From assembly GCA_038316355.1 (NCBI GenBank), contig JBBQAO010000009.1, positions 9,336 through 73,335 of the forward strand: DNA of 64,000 nt. Reading direction: 5' to 3'. Positions within the stretch are counted from its first letter, which is position 1, and each line of letters starts with the position of its first letter. This DNA comes from Burkholderiales bacterium. GTDB lineage: Bacteria > Pseudomonadota > Gammaproteobacteria > Burkholderiales > SG8-41. This document shows positions 30,647 to 40,720 of this stretch, one piece after another. The translations under genes and the position numbers were made by a program. Under the pieces are notes generated by a model. The model worked only from the letters and a program-made list of their open reading frames with translations, did no database searches and was not told where the DNA came from.

Positions 30647-33508
30647 ATGCAAGTCGCCGCAGAATCCACCCAATCCCGTGTTTTTCCGCAAGCCACCCCC
30701 GCCGAGGAGGCTGCGCGGGAGGCCCTGTATGCCCAATACAAAATCATCCGCCGCAATGGCTCAGTGGTGGGTTTTGAGCCGGCGAAAATCGCCATTGCCC
30801 TGACCAAGGCTTTCATCGCCGTCAACGGCGGTCAGGGTGCGGCTTCGGCGCGGGTGCGTGAGCAGGTCGCGGCGTTGACCGACTGCGTGGTTGTCGCGCT
30901 GATGCGGCGCCAGCCTTCGGGCGGCACTTTCCATATCGAGGACATCCAGGACCAGGTCGAACTCGCACTGATGCGCATGGGCGAGCACCACGTGGCCCGC
31001 TCCTACGTGCTCTATCGCGAGGAGCGCACCAGGGAACGCGCGCGTCAGCGCGAAGCGCAGCCTGCGGCGACGGCACAGCGCGAGTCGGTGGTCAACGTCA
31101 CCGAAGGCGGCGTGAAGCGGCCGCTCGACCTTCCGCAGATTACCGCTCTGGTGCAAAGCGCCTGTGCCGGACTTGGCCACGAAGTCAGCACGCAGCCCAT
31201 TCTCGATGCAATGTTCCGTGACCTCTACGAAGGCGTGCCCATCGACGAAGTGCGCAAATCACTGATCCTGGCCGCGCGCGGGCTGATCGAACAGGACCCG
31301 GGCTACAGCTACGTGACCGCCCGCCTGCTGATGCACACGATGCGTCTGGAAACCCTGGGGGAAGAGGTGACGCAGGAGGATATGGCAACGCGTTATGCCG
31401 CCTACCTGCCGGAATTCATCAAGAAGGGCATCGCCGCTGAACGGCTGGACGAACGCCTGGGTGATTACGATATGAAGGCGCTGGGCGCCGCACTCGACGC
31501 GAAACGCGACCTCAAGTTCACCTATCTCGGCCTGCAGATTCTCTACGACCGCTATTTCCTGCACATCGAAGGCCGGCGCATTGAGCTGCCGCAGGTGTTT
31601 TTCATGCGCGTGGCGATGGGACTTGCATTGAACGAACCGAAAAGCCAGCGTGAAGTGCGTGCGATCGAGTTCTACAACGTGTTGTCCAGCTTCGATCTGA
31701 TGAGCTCGACCCCGACGCTGTTCAATTCCGGCACGCGCCGCTCGCAGCTCGCCAGCTGCTACCTGACCACGGTTGCCGACGACCTCGACGGCATCTACGA
31801 GGCGATCAAGGAAAACGCGATGCTGCAGAAGTATGCCGGCGGCATCGGCAACGACTGGACCCCCGTGCGCGCGCTCGGCGCCTACATCAAGGGCACCAAC
31901 GGCAAGTCGCAGGGCGTTGTGCCGTTCCTGAAGGTGGTCAACGATACCGCCGTTGCAGTGAACCAGGGCGGAAAACGCAAAGGCGCGGTGTGTTCGTACC
32001 TCGAAACCTGGCATCTCGACATCGAGGAATTCCTCGAATTGCGCAAGAACACCGGCGATGACCGCCGGCGCACCCATGACATGAACACTTCGAACTGGAT
32101 TCCGGATATGTTCATGAAGCGTGTGATGGAGGGTGGCGAATGGACGCTGTTCTCACCCTCGGACGTTCCGGACCTGCACGAGAAATTCGGCAAGGCTTTT
32201 GAGAAAGCCTATATCGAATACGAGGCGCAGTGCACCCGCGGCGAGTTGAAACTCTACAAGAAGGTTCCAGCCAACCAGCTGTGGCGAAAAATGCTGACCA
32301 TGCTGTTCGAGACCGGGCATCCGTGGATCACATTCAAGGATCCCTGCAACCTGCGCTCGCCGCAGCAGCACGTCGGCGTCGTGCACAGCTCCAACCTGTG
32401 CACCGAAATCACGCTGAACACCGGTCCCGACGAAATCGCTGTTTGCAATCTGGCGTCGGTCAACATGCCGGCGCACCTGGATTTGTCGACCGGCCTGCTC
32501 GACATGGAGAAGCTGAAGCGTACGGTCGGCACCGGCATGCGCATGCTCGACAACGTGATCGATCTCAACTTCTACAACGTCAACAAGGCGCGCAACTCCA
32601 ACTTCAAGCACCGTCCGGTCGGGCTCGGCATCATGGGTTTCCAGGACTGCCTGCACATGTTGCGTATTCCCTACGGTTCGCCGGCAGCAGTGGAGTTCGC
32701 CGATCGTTCGATGGAACAGGTGACCTACACCGCATACTCGGCTTCGTCGGACCTGGCGGAAGAACGCGGCCCGTATTCGACGTTCAAGGGCTCGCTGTGG
32801 GATCGCGGCATTCTGCCGCTGGACTCGCTGAAGGTGCTGGCTGACGAGCGCGGCGGATACGTCGAATGCGACATGTCCACCAGGCTGGACTGGGACAGCC
32901 TGCGCAGCCGCATCCAGCGCGTCGGTATCCGCAATTCGAACTGCATTGCGATTGCGCCGACGGCAACCATTGCCAACATCACTGGACTGTCGCAGTGCAT
33001 CGAGCCGACCTACCAGAACCTCTACGTCAAATCCAACCTGTCGGGCGAGTTCACCGTCGTCAACGAATTCCTCGTGCGCGACCTGAAAAAACTCAACCTG
33101 TGGGACGAGGTGATGATCGCCGATTTGAAATACTTCGACGGCTCGCTGGCCAGGATCGATCGTGTGCCGCCGGACGTGCGCAGCCTCTACGCCACGGCCT
33201 TCGAGATGGATGCGAGCTGGCTGGTGGAATGCGCGGCGCGCCGGCAGAAATGGATCGACCAGTCGCAGTCGCTGAACATTTACATGGCGGGTGCGTCGGG
33301 CAAGAAGCTGGATGACACCTACAAACTCGCCTGGATTCGCGGCCTGAAAACGACCTACTACCTGCGCACGCTGGGCGCGACTTCCACCGAGAAGTCGACA
33401 TCGAAGGTGGGCCAGCTCAATGCCGTGACGTCGGATGGCGGCGTGAACGGGGAAGAGCAGCCCAAGGCATGTTCGATCCTCGACCCGGAATGTGAGGCCT
33501 GCCAGTAG
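30647..33508 (+). CDS. nrdA: ribonucleoside-diphosphate reductase (class Ia) alpha subunit
   Basis: N-terminal ATP-cone region, catalytic SSNLCTEITL and a C-terminal Cys pair (CSILDPECEACQ). ATG 30647 is preceded by AAGGAG. The track start at 30545 lies in the operator region. Confidence 0.97.
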   Translation: MQVAAESTQSRVFPQATPAEEAAREALYAQYKIIRRNGSVVGFEPAKIAIALTKAFIAVNGGQGAASARVREQVAALTDCVVVALMRRQPSGGTFHIEDIQDQVELALMRMGEHHVARSYVLYREERTRERARQREAQPAATAQRESVVNVTEGGVKRPLDLPQITALVQSACAGLGHEVSTQPILDAMFRDLYEGVPIDEVRKSLILAARGLIEQDPGYSYVTARLLMHTMRLETLGEEVTQEDMATRYAAYLPEFIKKGIAAERLDERLGDYDMKALGAALDAKRDLKFTYLGLQILYDRYFLHIEGRRIELPQVFFMRVAMGLALNEPKSQREVRAIEFYNVLSSFDLMSSTPTLFNSGTRRSQLASCYLTTVADDLDGIYEAIKENAMLQKYAGGIGNDWTPVRALGAYIKGTNGKSQGVVPFLKVVNDTAVAVNQGGKRKGAVCSYLETWHLDIEEFLELRKNTGDDRRRTHDMNTSNWIPDMFMKRVMEGGEWTLFSPSDVPDLHEKFGKAFEKAYIEYEAQCTRGELKLYKKVPANQLWRKMLTMLFETGHPWITFKDPCNLRSPQQHVGVVHSSNLCTEITLNTGPDEIAVCNLASVNMPAHLDLSTGLLDMEKLKRTVGTGMRMLDNVIDLNFYNVNKARNSNFKHRPVGLGIMGFQDCLHMLRIPYGSPAAVEFADRSMEQVTYTAYSASSDLAEERGPYSTFKGSLWDRGILPLDSLKVLADERGGYVECDMSTRLDWDSLRSRIQRVGIRNSNCIAIAPTATIANITGLSQCIEPTYQNLYVKSNLSGEFTVVNEFLVRDLKKLNLWDEVMIADLKYFDGSLARIDRVPPDVRSLYATAFEMDASWLVECAARRQKWIDQSQSLNIYMAGASGKKLDDTYKLAWIRGLKTTYYLRTLGATSTEKSTSKVGQLNAVTSDGGVNGEEQPKACSILDPECEACQ

Positions 33509-33698
33509 GCGGGTAACAGGCAAGAGGCAAGTGGCAAGGCGCGAATCAGGGAAGCAGTGAATAACGATTGATTGGAAGGCAGTTGTTGGTTCAGGGTTTG
33601 CTGCACGGCAAGTCGGCGGTTTCACCGATAACAATCTCAAGAGTCCGCCGACTGTGCTGGAAGGTATCCACCTACAACGCTAATAAAGGAGACTGAAG

Positions 33699-34829
33699 AT
33701 GTTGCAATTTGAAGAACCGGGTGTGGCCGGACTGGCAAAACAGCCCGTGATGGCAGATCGCGCGCCCTCGCATGCCCCCTCGCAAAATCATCCCGCTGCT
33801 GAAGAAGAGTTACGGCGCGTCAATGTCGCCGACAAACGCATCATCAACGGCCGTACTGACGTCAACCAGCTGGTGCCGTTCAAATACAAATGGGCCTGGG
33901 ACAAGTACCTCTCGGCCTGTGCCAATCACTGGATGCCGCAGGAAATCCAGATGAGCCGTGACATCGAGCTGTGGAAAAACCCCAATGGCCTGACCGAAGA
34001 CGAGCGTCGCATCGTCAAGCGCAATCTCGGGTTTTTTGTCACCGCTGACTCACTGGCAGCGAACAACATCGTGCTCGGCACCTACCGCCATATCACTGCG
34101 CCGGAATGCCGCCAGTACCTCCTGCGCCAGGCTTTTGAAGAGGCGATCCATACCCACGCCTACCAGTACATCGTGGAAAGCCTGGGGCTGAACGAAAGTG
34201 AAATTTTCAACGCCTACCACGAGGTTTCGTCGATCCGCGACAAGGATGAGTTCCTGATCCCGTTCATCGACGTGCTGACCGATCCCACCTTCAAGACCGG
34301 TACGCCGGAAGCCGACCAGAAGCTGCTGAAAAGCCTGATCGTGTTTGCCTGCCTGATGGAAGGCCTGTTCTTCTACGTCGGTTTTGCGCAGATCCTCGCG
34401 CTGGGCCGGCAGAACAAGATGACCGGTGCCGCCGAGCAGTACCAGTACATCCTGCGCGACGAATCCATGCACTGCAATTTCGGCATCGACCTGATCAACA
34501 CCATCAAGATGGAGAATCCTCACCTGTGGACCACGGAGTTCCGCGAAGAACTGCGCGAGTTGTTCCACAAGGGTGTGGAGCTCGAATACAAATATGCCGA
34601 AGACACCATGCCACGCGGTGTGCTTGGTCTGAATGCTGCGATGTTCAAGGAATACCTGCGCTTCATCGCCAACCGCCGTGCCCAGCAGATCGGGCTGGAA
34701 GTGCTGTTTGAGGGCGCGACCAATCCCTTCCCGTGGATGGCGGAAATGATCGACCTTAAAAAAGAACGCAACTTTTTTGAAACCCGCGTCATCGAGTACC
34801 AGACCGGGGGCGCGTTGTCCTGGGATTGA
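33699..34829 (+). CDS. nrdB: ribonucleoside-diphosphate reductase beta subunit
   Basis: Diiron ligands EEAIHTHAY and [14 protein letters not shown] lies upstream of the ATG. Confidence 0.97.
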   Translation: MLQFEEPGVAGLAKQPVMADRAPSHAPSQNHPAAEEELRRVNVADKRIINGRTDVNQLVPFKYKWAWDKYLSACANHWMPQEIQMSRDIELWKNPNGLTEDERRIVKRNLGFFVTADSLAANNIVLGTYRHITAPECRQYLLRQAFEEAIHTHAYQYIVESLGLNESEIFNAYHEVSSIRDKDEFLIPFIDVLTDPTFKTGTPEADQKLLKSLIVFACLMEGLFFYVGFAQILALGRQNKMTGAAEQYQYILRDESMHCNFGIDLINTIKMENPHLWTTEFREELRELFHKGVELEYKYAEDTMPRGVLGLNAAMFKEYLRFIANRRAQQIGLEVLFEGATNPFPWMAEMIDLKKERNFFETRVIEYQTGGALSWD

Positions 34830-35003
34830 TGTGCCCCTTTGTTTTTGCAGACGGGAATGGATACGAAAAACGGACACCAAACATGCGATTGAGAACAGGG
34901 ATCCCGGAACAAAGCGGGGTTCCGTGCTGAAGCAGCAAGACACCCGGCGGCGCATTGCCCTGCGATTAAAACCGCAGGGCGGCGCCGCCGGATTCTTTCC
35001 GGG

Positions 35004-35342
35004 TTGCAATGTTCATCACCATGGAGGGTCGAAACCTTGGCACTCAGTCTGAAGTTCCGCCGTTACCGCAGCCGCAGGACCCATCTGCACACGGTTACCG
35101 AACTGCGCGCAGAGGACAACTGCACGCTCTGGCTGCGATTCGATGACGGGCTCGAGGGCCATGTTTACCTGGGTGACCTGGTGGAAGACACGGCGATGGA
35201 GGTGTTGTCCGACGCCGCGCTGTTTCGCCGCGTGGCTTTTGATCCGGTATCGAACGTGCTGATCTGGAGCGGCGGCATCCGGATTGATCCGGACATGTTG
35301 TACCGCAATCTGGCGAACAAGGCGGGCGCCGCGCTGCACTAG
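35004..35342 (+). CDS. DUF2442 domain-containing protein (start uncertain)
   Basis: VTELRAEDNCTLWLRFDDGLEGHVYLGDL...VAFDPVSNVLIWSGGIRIDPDMLY matches the DUF2442 pattern. The N-terminal roughly 25 residues of the track ORF look non-native. Confidence 0.6.
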   Translation: MQCSSPWRVETLALSLKFRRYRSRRTHLHTVTELRAEDNCTLWLRFDDGLEGHVYLGDLVEDTAMEVLSDAALFRRVAFDPVSNVLIWSGGIRIDPDMLYRNLANKAGAALH

Positions 35343-35458
35343 CACCGGGTCAAGGACGGGAGTTGGCAGGAAAGGCGTGCGCCGTATAAAGGCGTGCATC
35401 ACGCGCGATAGTCCCGCTGGGGAGCGCGCACTAAAGCTGGATATTGAAGGAGGTTCGC

Positions 35459-35794
35459 ATGGCAAAAGCGAAAAAGAAGGCTGCGAAGAAAAAAGTAAGT
35501 AAAAAGGCCGGCAAAAAAGCGGTCAAGAAAAAGAAACTGCTGAAGAAAAAGATTACACGCAAAGCCGCCGGAAAAAAAAGCGCCAGCCGCAAAACGGGCA
35601 AAAAAAAGCCGGCTCGAAAGCCGGCCAAGAAAAAAGCAGTCAAGAAAAAAGCAGTCAACAAAAAGCCTGCCATCAAAAAGCGGGCGGCTGCCAAAAAGCC
35701 CGCGTCCCAGGTAATGCCGGGACCGGCTCCGGTAGCGCCCCGTCCAATTGCGATTCCAGGTGCATGGCCGTTTCCGATGGGAAACAAACCCTGA
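35459..35794 (+). CDS. Lys/Ala-rich histone H1-like basic protein
   Basis: MAKAKKKAAKKKVSKKAGKKAVKKKK... with about 85 residues of K/A/P repeats, then a Pro-rich hydrophobic tail PGPAPVAPRPIAIPGAWPFPMGNKP. GAAGGA lies 8 nt upstream of ATG 35459. Confidence 0.7.
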   Translation: MAKAKKKAAKKKVSKKAGKKAVKKKKLLKKKITRKAAGKKSASRKTGKKKPARKPAKKKAVKKKAVNKKPAIKKRAAAKKPASQVMPGPAPVAPRPIAIPGAWPFPMGNKP

Positions 35795-36267
35795 CATCTG
35801 TGCCGTGCGGCGGTTCCGGTCTTGGGAGAAGTCCGGTGCCCGTCGCGGAAGGCGGTTCACAACCGCGGACAGCAGGGAGCTAAAGATACCCAATCCATCC
35901 GGGTGGGGCAAGGCTTAGGTTGTCCGCGGCACCCGGAAGACATCAAAAATATCATTTATAATCAACAACTTATAAAAATAAAAAAAATTCACCGGCATAC
36001 TCCGGAGCGGTGCAAGCGGTCGCCCAAAACAGCGATTTTCACGAAAAACCCGAATGTTCGCCGGCGGCCTGCGAGTCCGCGGCGGATACGCAGACCGGGT
36101 TCCGCGGCATTACACTGACTGCCTGAGTTGTTGCCTGGAGATGTGGCCGACGCAAACGGTGAAGCGGCGAATCGCTGCGGGCAGATGCTGTTGTGGAAGC
36201 GCCACGACAAATGGTGGCGGAATAAAACAGAAAAATTCAAATCGTCAATCTACAAAGGAGGTGGACC

Positions 36268-37302
36268 ATGGTTGTGTTCAGGAATCTGCTGGCAGGGATA
36301 TTGGTCGCGTTGTGGGCCGCAGTTTTGCCGTCCGCATTTGCCCAGTCCGACGATTGCAGGAACCGGGGGCAACTCGACAATCTGTATTGCGATGAAAACA
36401 GGGATCTGGTGGCGGATACGCCCAAGGATCCGAAGCGGCTGAAAAATCCTTCCACGCTGGTCTTCACCTACACACCGGTGGAAGACCCCGCCGTTTACGA
36501 AAACGCATTCAAACCCTTCCTTGAACATCTGGGCAAATGCACCGGCAAGCGCGTTGTTTATTACTCGGTAAATTCCAATGCTGCGGAGATCGAAGCGATG
36601 CGCGCCGGGCGCCTGCATGTCGGCGGATTTTCCACCGGGCCAACAGGGTTTGCCGTCAATCTGGCGGGCGCGGTTCCGTTTGCCGTCAAAGGTTACGAGA
36701 AGGATTTCCAGGGTTACAACCTGCTGATGATTGTCAAGAAGGACAGCTCGTACCAGAAACTCGGTGATCTCAAAGGCAGGAAGGTGGCACATACCTCGCC
36801 GTCGTCGAATTCCGGCCATCTCGCGCCGCAGGTGCTGTTCCCGCCCGAAGGGCTGGCGCCGGACAAGGATTACAAGGTGTTGTTCTCCGGCGGCCACGGC
36901 CAGTCGGTGAAAGGCGTGGAGTCCGGCGACTATGACGCGGCGCCGGTGGCCTCAGACGTTTTCTACCGGATGGCGGGGCGCGGAGAAGTCAAAGCCGATG
37001 ATTTCCGCATCATTTACAAGAGCCCGGTGTTCCCGACGTCATCGTTTGCCTATGCCCATGATCTGCACCCGGATCTGGTGAAAACCATGACCAAGTGTTT
37101 CTACGATTATCGTTTTCCGGAAGACATGAAAAAAACCTTCGGCGGTGCGGACCGTTTTTTCCCGATTACCTACCAGAAGGACTGGGAAGTGGTGCGCAAG
37201 ATTGCCGATGGCACCGGCACACCGTTTAACCGCGCGGCCTACGAGAAAGAAAGTGCGCGTGAGGAGGCGGCGCGCAAGAAGGCTGCCGAAGCCAAGAAGT
37301 AA
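36268..37302 (+). CDS. phnD: phosphonate/phosphite ABC transporter substrate-binding protein
   Basis: Signal peptide plus PhnD-family pattern ([36 protein letters not shown]). Confidence 0.88.
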   Translation: MVVFRNLLAGILVALWAAVLPSAFAQSDDCRNRGQLDNLYCDENRDLVADTPKDPKRLKNPSTLVFTYTPVEDPAVYENAFKPFLEHLGKCTGKRVVYYSVNSNAAEIEAMRAGRLHVGGFSTGPTGFAVNLAGAVPFAVKGYEKDFQGYNLLMIVKKDSSYQKLGDLKGRKVAHTSPSSNSGHLAPQVLFPPEGLAPDKDYKVLFSGGHGQSVKGVESGDYDAAPVASDVFYRMAGRGEVKADDFRIIYKSPVFPTSSFAYAHDLHPDLVKTMTKCFYDYRFPEDMKKTFGGADRFFPITYQKDWEVVRKIADGTGTPFNRAAYEKESAREEAARKKAAEAKK

Positions 37303-38081
37303 TGGCCGGGATCCCGGCCGCCGCCCCCGCCACCATCGAGGTGCGCGGGCTGACCAAGGAATACCGTCGCGGCACCCCGGTGCTGCGCGGTATTTCCATC
37401 GCTTTTCCCGATCGCGGCATCACCGCTGTGATCGGCCCTTCCGGCACCGGCAAGTCGACGCTGATCCGCTGCATCAACCGGCTGGTGGAGCCGACCAGCG
37501 GCCAGATCCTGTTCCATGGCGCCGACCTGGTGCAGTTGTCGCGCAAGGCGCTGCGCGAACACCGCCGCCGCATCGGCATGGTGTTCCAGGAATACAACCT
37601 GGTGGAGCGGCTGTCGGTAATGGAAAACGTGCTGTCGGGCAGGCTGGGTTATCTACCGTCGTGGAAGGCGTTTTTGCGCAGATATCCGCCGCAGGACATC
37701 GCCATGGCCTGGGACCTCCTCGAAACCGTGGGCCTGACTCCGCAGGCCAACCAGCGCGCCGATGCGCTGTCCGGCGGCCAGCGCCAGCGCGTCGGCATTG
37801 CCCGGGCGGTCATGCAGCAGCCCGACATCCTGCTGGCCGATGAGCCGACCTCGTCACTGGATCCGAAGACCTCGGTGGAAATCATGGAATTGCTGGTGAG
37901 CATCACGGATACCCGCCATATCCCGGTCATCGTCAACATCCACAACGTGCCGCTGGCGAAACGTTTCGCCAGTCACGTGATCGGCATGGCCGGCGGCGCC
38001 ATCGTCTACGATGGGCCGCCGGACGGGCTGACCGATGACCACCTGAATCAGATTTACGGCGGCGAGGACTGGCAGGAGTGA
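37302..38081 (+). CDS. phnC: phosphonate ABC transporter ATP-binding protein
   Basis: Walker [10 protein letters not shown], signature LSGGQRQRV and Walker B ILLADEP. The start overlaps the phnD stop (TAATG). Confidence 0.93.
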   Translation: MAGIPAAAPATIEVRGLTKEYRRGTPVLRGISIAFPDRGITAVIGPSGTGKSTLIRCINRLVEPTSGQILFHGADLVQLSRKALREHRRRIGMVFQEYNLVERLSVMENVLSGRLGYLPSWKAFLRRYPPQDIAMAWDLLETVGLTPQANQRADALSGGQRQRVGIARAVMQQPDILLADEPTSSLDPKTSVEIMELLVSITDTRHIPVIVNIHNVPLAKRFASHVIGMAGGAIVYDGPPDGLTDDHLNQIYGGEDWQE

Positions 38082-38881
38082 TGAATCCGGGCCTGACGGC
38101 GCGGACCCGCCGCCCCGCTTTTTTGCCCAACTGGCCGGCACGGCTGGCATGGCTGGCGCTGATCACCTATGCCTTCTACGCAGCCTCCATCCTTGACGTC
38201 ACCTGGGAGCGCTTCGTCACCGGCCTCGACAACGGTATGCGCTTCATCGCGCGCATGTTCCCGCCGGACACCGGTGCCGCCAAGCTGCAATTGCTGGCCA
38301 AAGGGCTCTACGAATCGATCGAAATGGCGATCATCGCCTCGGCGCTGGGCATTCTGTTGTCGCTGCCGATCGGCCTGCTGGCGGCGCGCAACCTGATGCC
38401 GGCCTGGGTGACGTGGCCGATGCGCCTGTTCATCGCCCTGTGCCGCTCGTTTCACCAGGTCATCATCGCCATCATCTTCGTCAAGGCGGTCGGTTTCGGC
38501 GCACTGGCCGGAATTCTGGCGCTGACCGTGGCCTCAATCGGTTTCATCGGCAAACTGTTTGCCGAGGCGATTGAGGAGATTTCACTGAAACAGGTCGAGG
38601 CCATCCGCGCCACCGGCGCGCCGTTCATGAGCGTCATCGCCTATGGCGTGCTGCCGCAGGTGTTGACGCGTTTTGTCGGCTTCGCCACCTACCAGGTGGA
38701 CTCCAACCTGCGCAATTCGACCATGGTCGGCATCGTCGGCGCCGGCGGCATCGGCGGCACCATGTTCGCCGCGTTCCAGCGTTTCGATTTCGACTTCCTG
38801 CTGACCATCCTGCTGGCGATCATCGCCGTCATCATGGTCAGCGAAATGCTGCAGAACCAGATCAAGAAACTCTACCAGTGA
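38078..38881 (+). CDS. phnE: phosphonate ABC transporter permease
   Basis: 267 aa PhnE-type permease ([22 protein letters not shown]) with an ATGA overlap to phnC. Confidence 0.9.
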   Translation: MMNPGLTARTRRPAFLPNWPARLAWLALITYAFYAASILDVTWERFVTGLDNGMRFIARMFPPDTGAAKLQLLAKGLYESIEMAIIASALGILLSLPIGLLAARNLMPAWVTWPMRLFIALCRSFHQVIIAIIFVKAVGFGALAGILALTVASIGFIGKLFAEAIEEISLKQVEAIRATGAPFMSVIAYGVLPQVLTRFVGFATYQVDSNLRNSTMVGIVGAGGIGGTMFAAFQRFDFDFLLTILLAIIAVIMVSEMLQNQIKKLYQ

Positions 38882-39681
38882 CAAGCGCCGGCAAGCGGCA
38901 GGAATGGCAGCGTTACACGCGGCGCGAACGGCTGGCGCGTTTCGCGCTGTATTTCGGCATCGTGACGGCCTGCGTGGTTTCGCTGCGCACGGTCGAGATC
39001 ATCCCCGAGTTCCTCTACGATGCGCCCGAACAGATGGCGGACCTGCTGCGACGGATGTGGCCGATCGAGTGGCGTTATTACCCCAAGGGCGTGCACGCGG
39101 CGCTGATCGAAACGCTGCACATTGCCACGCTGGGCACGATATTCGCGATTGCGATGGCGTTGCCGCTGGGCATGCTGGCGGCGAACAATGTGACGCCCAA
39201 CGCCGGACTCAACTACCTGGCCAAGCTGCTGCTGGTGTCGTCGCGCTCGGTCAATTCGCTGGTCTGGGCGCTGCTGTTCGTCGCCATCTTCGGCCCCGGC
39301 GCGCTGGCCGGCACCATGGCCATCGCTTTCCGCTCCATCGGGTTCGTCGGCAAACTGTTCAGCGAGGCGCTGGAGGAGGCGCGGCCGGGTCCGGTTGAAG
39401 CGCTGCGCAGTTGCGGGGCACCCTGGCCGAGCGTGTTCATCAAGGGTTACTGGCCGCAGGTCGAGCCGGCATTCTGGGGCATTGCGCTGTTCCGCTGGGA
39501 CATCAGCGTGCGCGAGTCCGCAGTGCTGGGACTGGTCGGCGCCGGCGGCATCGGCATGGCCATTGATTCGGCGATGAACCTGTTTCAGTGGGATCGCGTG
39601 GCGCTGATGCTGGTGGTGATATTTGCGGTGGTGCTGATTGCCGAGGTCGTGGTGACGGAGATCCGCAAACGCATTATCTGA
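38878..39681 (+). CDS. phnE: phosphonate ABC transporter permease (second copy)
   Basis: 267 aa paralogue (EALRSCGAPWPSVFIKGYWPQV), translationally coupled to the first phnE. Confidence 0.9.
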   Translation: MTSAGKRQEWQRYTRRERLARFALYFGIVTACVVSLRTVEIIPEFLYDAPEQMADLLRRMWPIEWRYYPKGVHAALIETLHIATLGTIFAIAMALPLGMLAANNVTPNAGLNYLAKLLLVSSRSVNSLVWALLFVAIFGPGALAGTMAIAFRSIGFVGKLFSEALEEARPGPVEALRSCGAPWPSVFIKGYWPQVEPAFWGIALFRWDISVRESAVLGLVGAGGIGMAIDSAMNLFQWDRVALMLVVIFAVVLIAEVVVTEIRKRII

Positions 39682-40720
39682 TGCTGTGCTGCCAGATGTC
39701 CCTGCACGCGGCGATTGCTGCATCGACCTCGGCATCGCCGATGTGGCGATGAGTCACGAAGCGCAGCGATGACGAGTCTGCCGGACTGACGGCAATGCCC
39801 CGCGCCTTGAAATCCTCCGCCCATTGCGCGGCGCTGCGGCCGCTGGCGCGCAGGCTGACGCGCACGATGTTGGTTTCGATACCTGCCGGATCGACCAGTG
39901 AGGCATCGACTGCATGAAGTCCGGTTGCCAGCCGTTTCGCCGTGGCGTGATCGTCCTGGAGCCGTTCGACCATGGTTTCCAGCGCGACGATACCGGCGGC
40001 GGCGATCAAGCCGGCTTGGCGCATCGCGCCGCCGACCATGCGCCGGAACGGGCGCGCGCGCTCGATGAATGCCTGTGATCCGCATAGCACCGAACCGACC
40101 GGCGCCGACAGGCCTTTCGATACGCAGAAGCAGACCGAATCGGTGTGCTGCGCGATGGTCGATGCGGGCACGCCCAAGGCGATCGCGGCATTAAAAAACC
40201 GTGCGCCGTCGGTATGCACCGGAATGCCGCGCTGTTGCGCGAGTTCGTGGACCATTCTCATGTGCGCCATTGGCAGCACCGTGCCGCCGGCGCTGTTATG
40301 CGTGGTTTCCATGCAGATCAGCGCGGTACCGAAATTGTTACGCGTCATCGGTCGCACGGCCTCACGCAGTGCGCTCTCGTCCATCGCACCGCGCGTGCCT
40401 GGCAGCGGCTTGTAATACACGCCGGCCACCGCCGAGAGTCCGCCGAGTTCGTTATTGAGGATGTGCGCTTTCTGTTCGAGCAGCACTTCGCCGGCGCGCG
40501 GGGTGTGCGCCAGCACCGCCACCAGGTTAGTCATGGTGCCGCTGGGCATGTAGAGGCCGGCGGCTTTGCCGGTCATCTTCGCGGCCAGCGCTTCCAGTCT
40601 GATCACGGTTTCGTCGCCGTCGCGTGAATCGTCGCCCTGGGTGGCGGTCTGCATCGCGGCGAGCATGGCCGGTGTAGGCCGGGTGACGGTGTCAGTCCTT
40701 AAGTCTATGATTTTATTCAT
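39674..40720 (-). CDS. ltaE: low-specificity L-threonine aldolase
   Basis: IDLRTDTVTRPTPAML N-terminus and a PLP-dependent beta-eliminating lyase fold (FCVSKGLSAPVGS with the PLP lysine). Confidence 0.85.
   Translation of the reverse strand: MNKIIDLRTDTVTRPTPAMLAAMQTATQGDDSRDGDETVIRLEALAAKMTGKAAGLYMPSGTMTNLVAVLAHTPRAGEVLLEQKAHILNNELGGLSAVAGVYYKPLPGTRGAMDESALREAVRPMTRNNFGTALICMETTHNSAGGTVLPMAHMRMVHELAQQRGIPVHTDGARFFNAAIALGVPASTIAQHTDSVCFCVSKGLSAPVGSVLCGSQAFIERARPFRRMVGGAMRQAGLIAAAGIVALETMVERLQDDHATAKRLATGLHAVDASLVDPAGIETNIVRVSLRASGRSAAQWAEDFKARGIAVSPADSSSLRFVTHRHIGDAEVDAAIAACRDIWQHSIR

Noticed and set aside
35800-35935. GC-rich segment after the H1-like gene (GGTTCCGGTCTTGGGAGAAGTCCGGTGCCCGTCGCGGAAGG...), considered as SRP RNA, RNase P RNA or a cobalamin riboswitch.
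   Set aside because: It lacks the conserved cores I know: GGUCAGGUCCGGAAGGAAGCAGCC for 4.5S RNA, GAGGAAAGUCCGG for RNase P, and the GCCACUG B12 box. An Infernal scan would be needed to say more.
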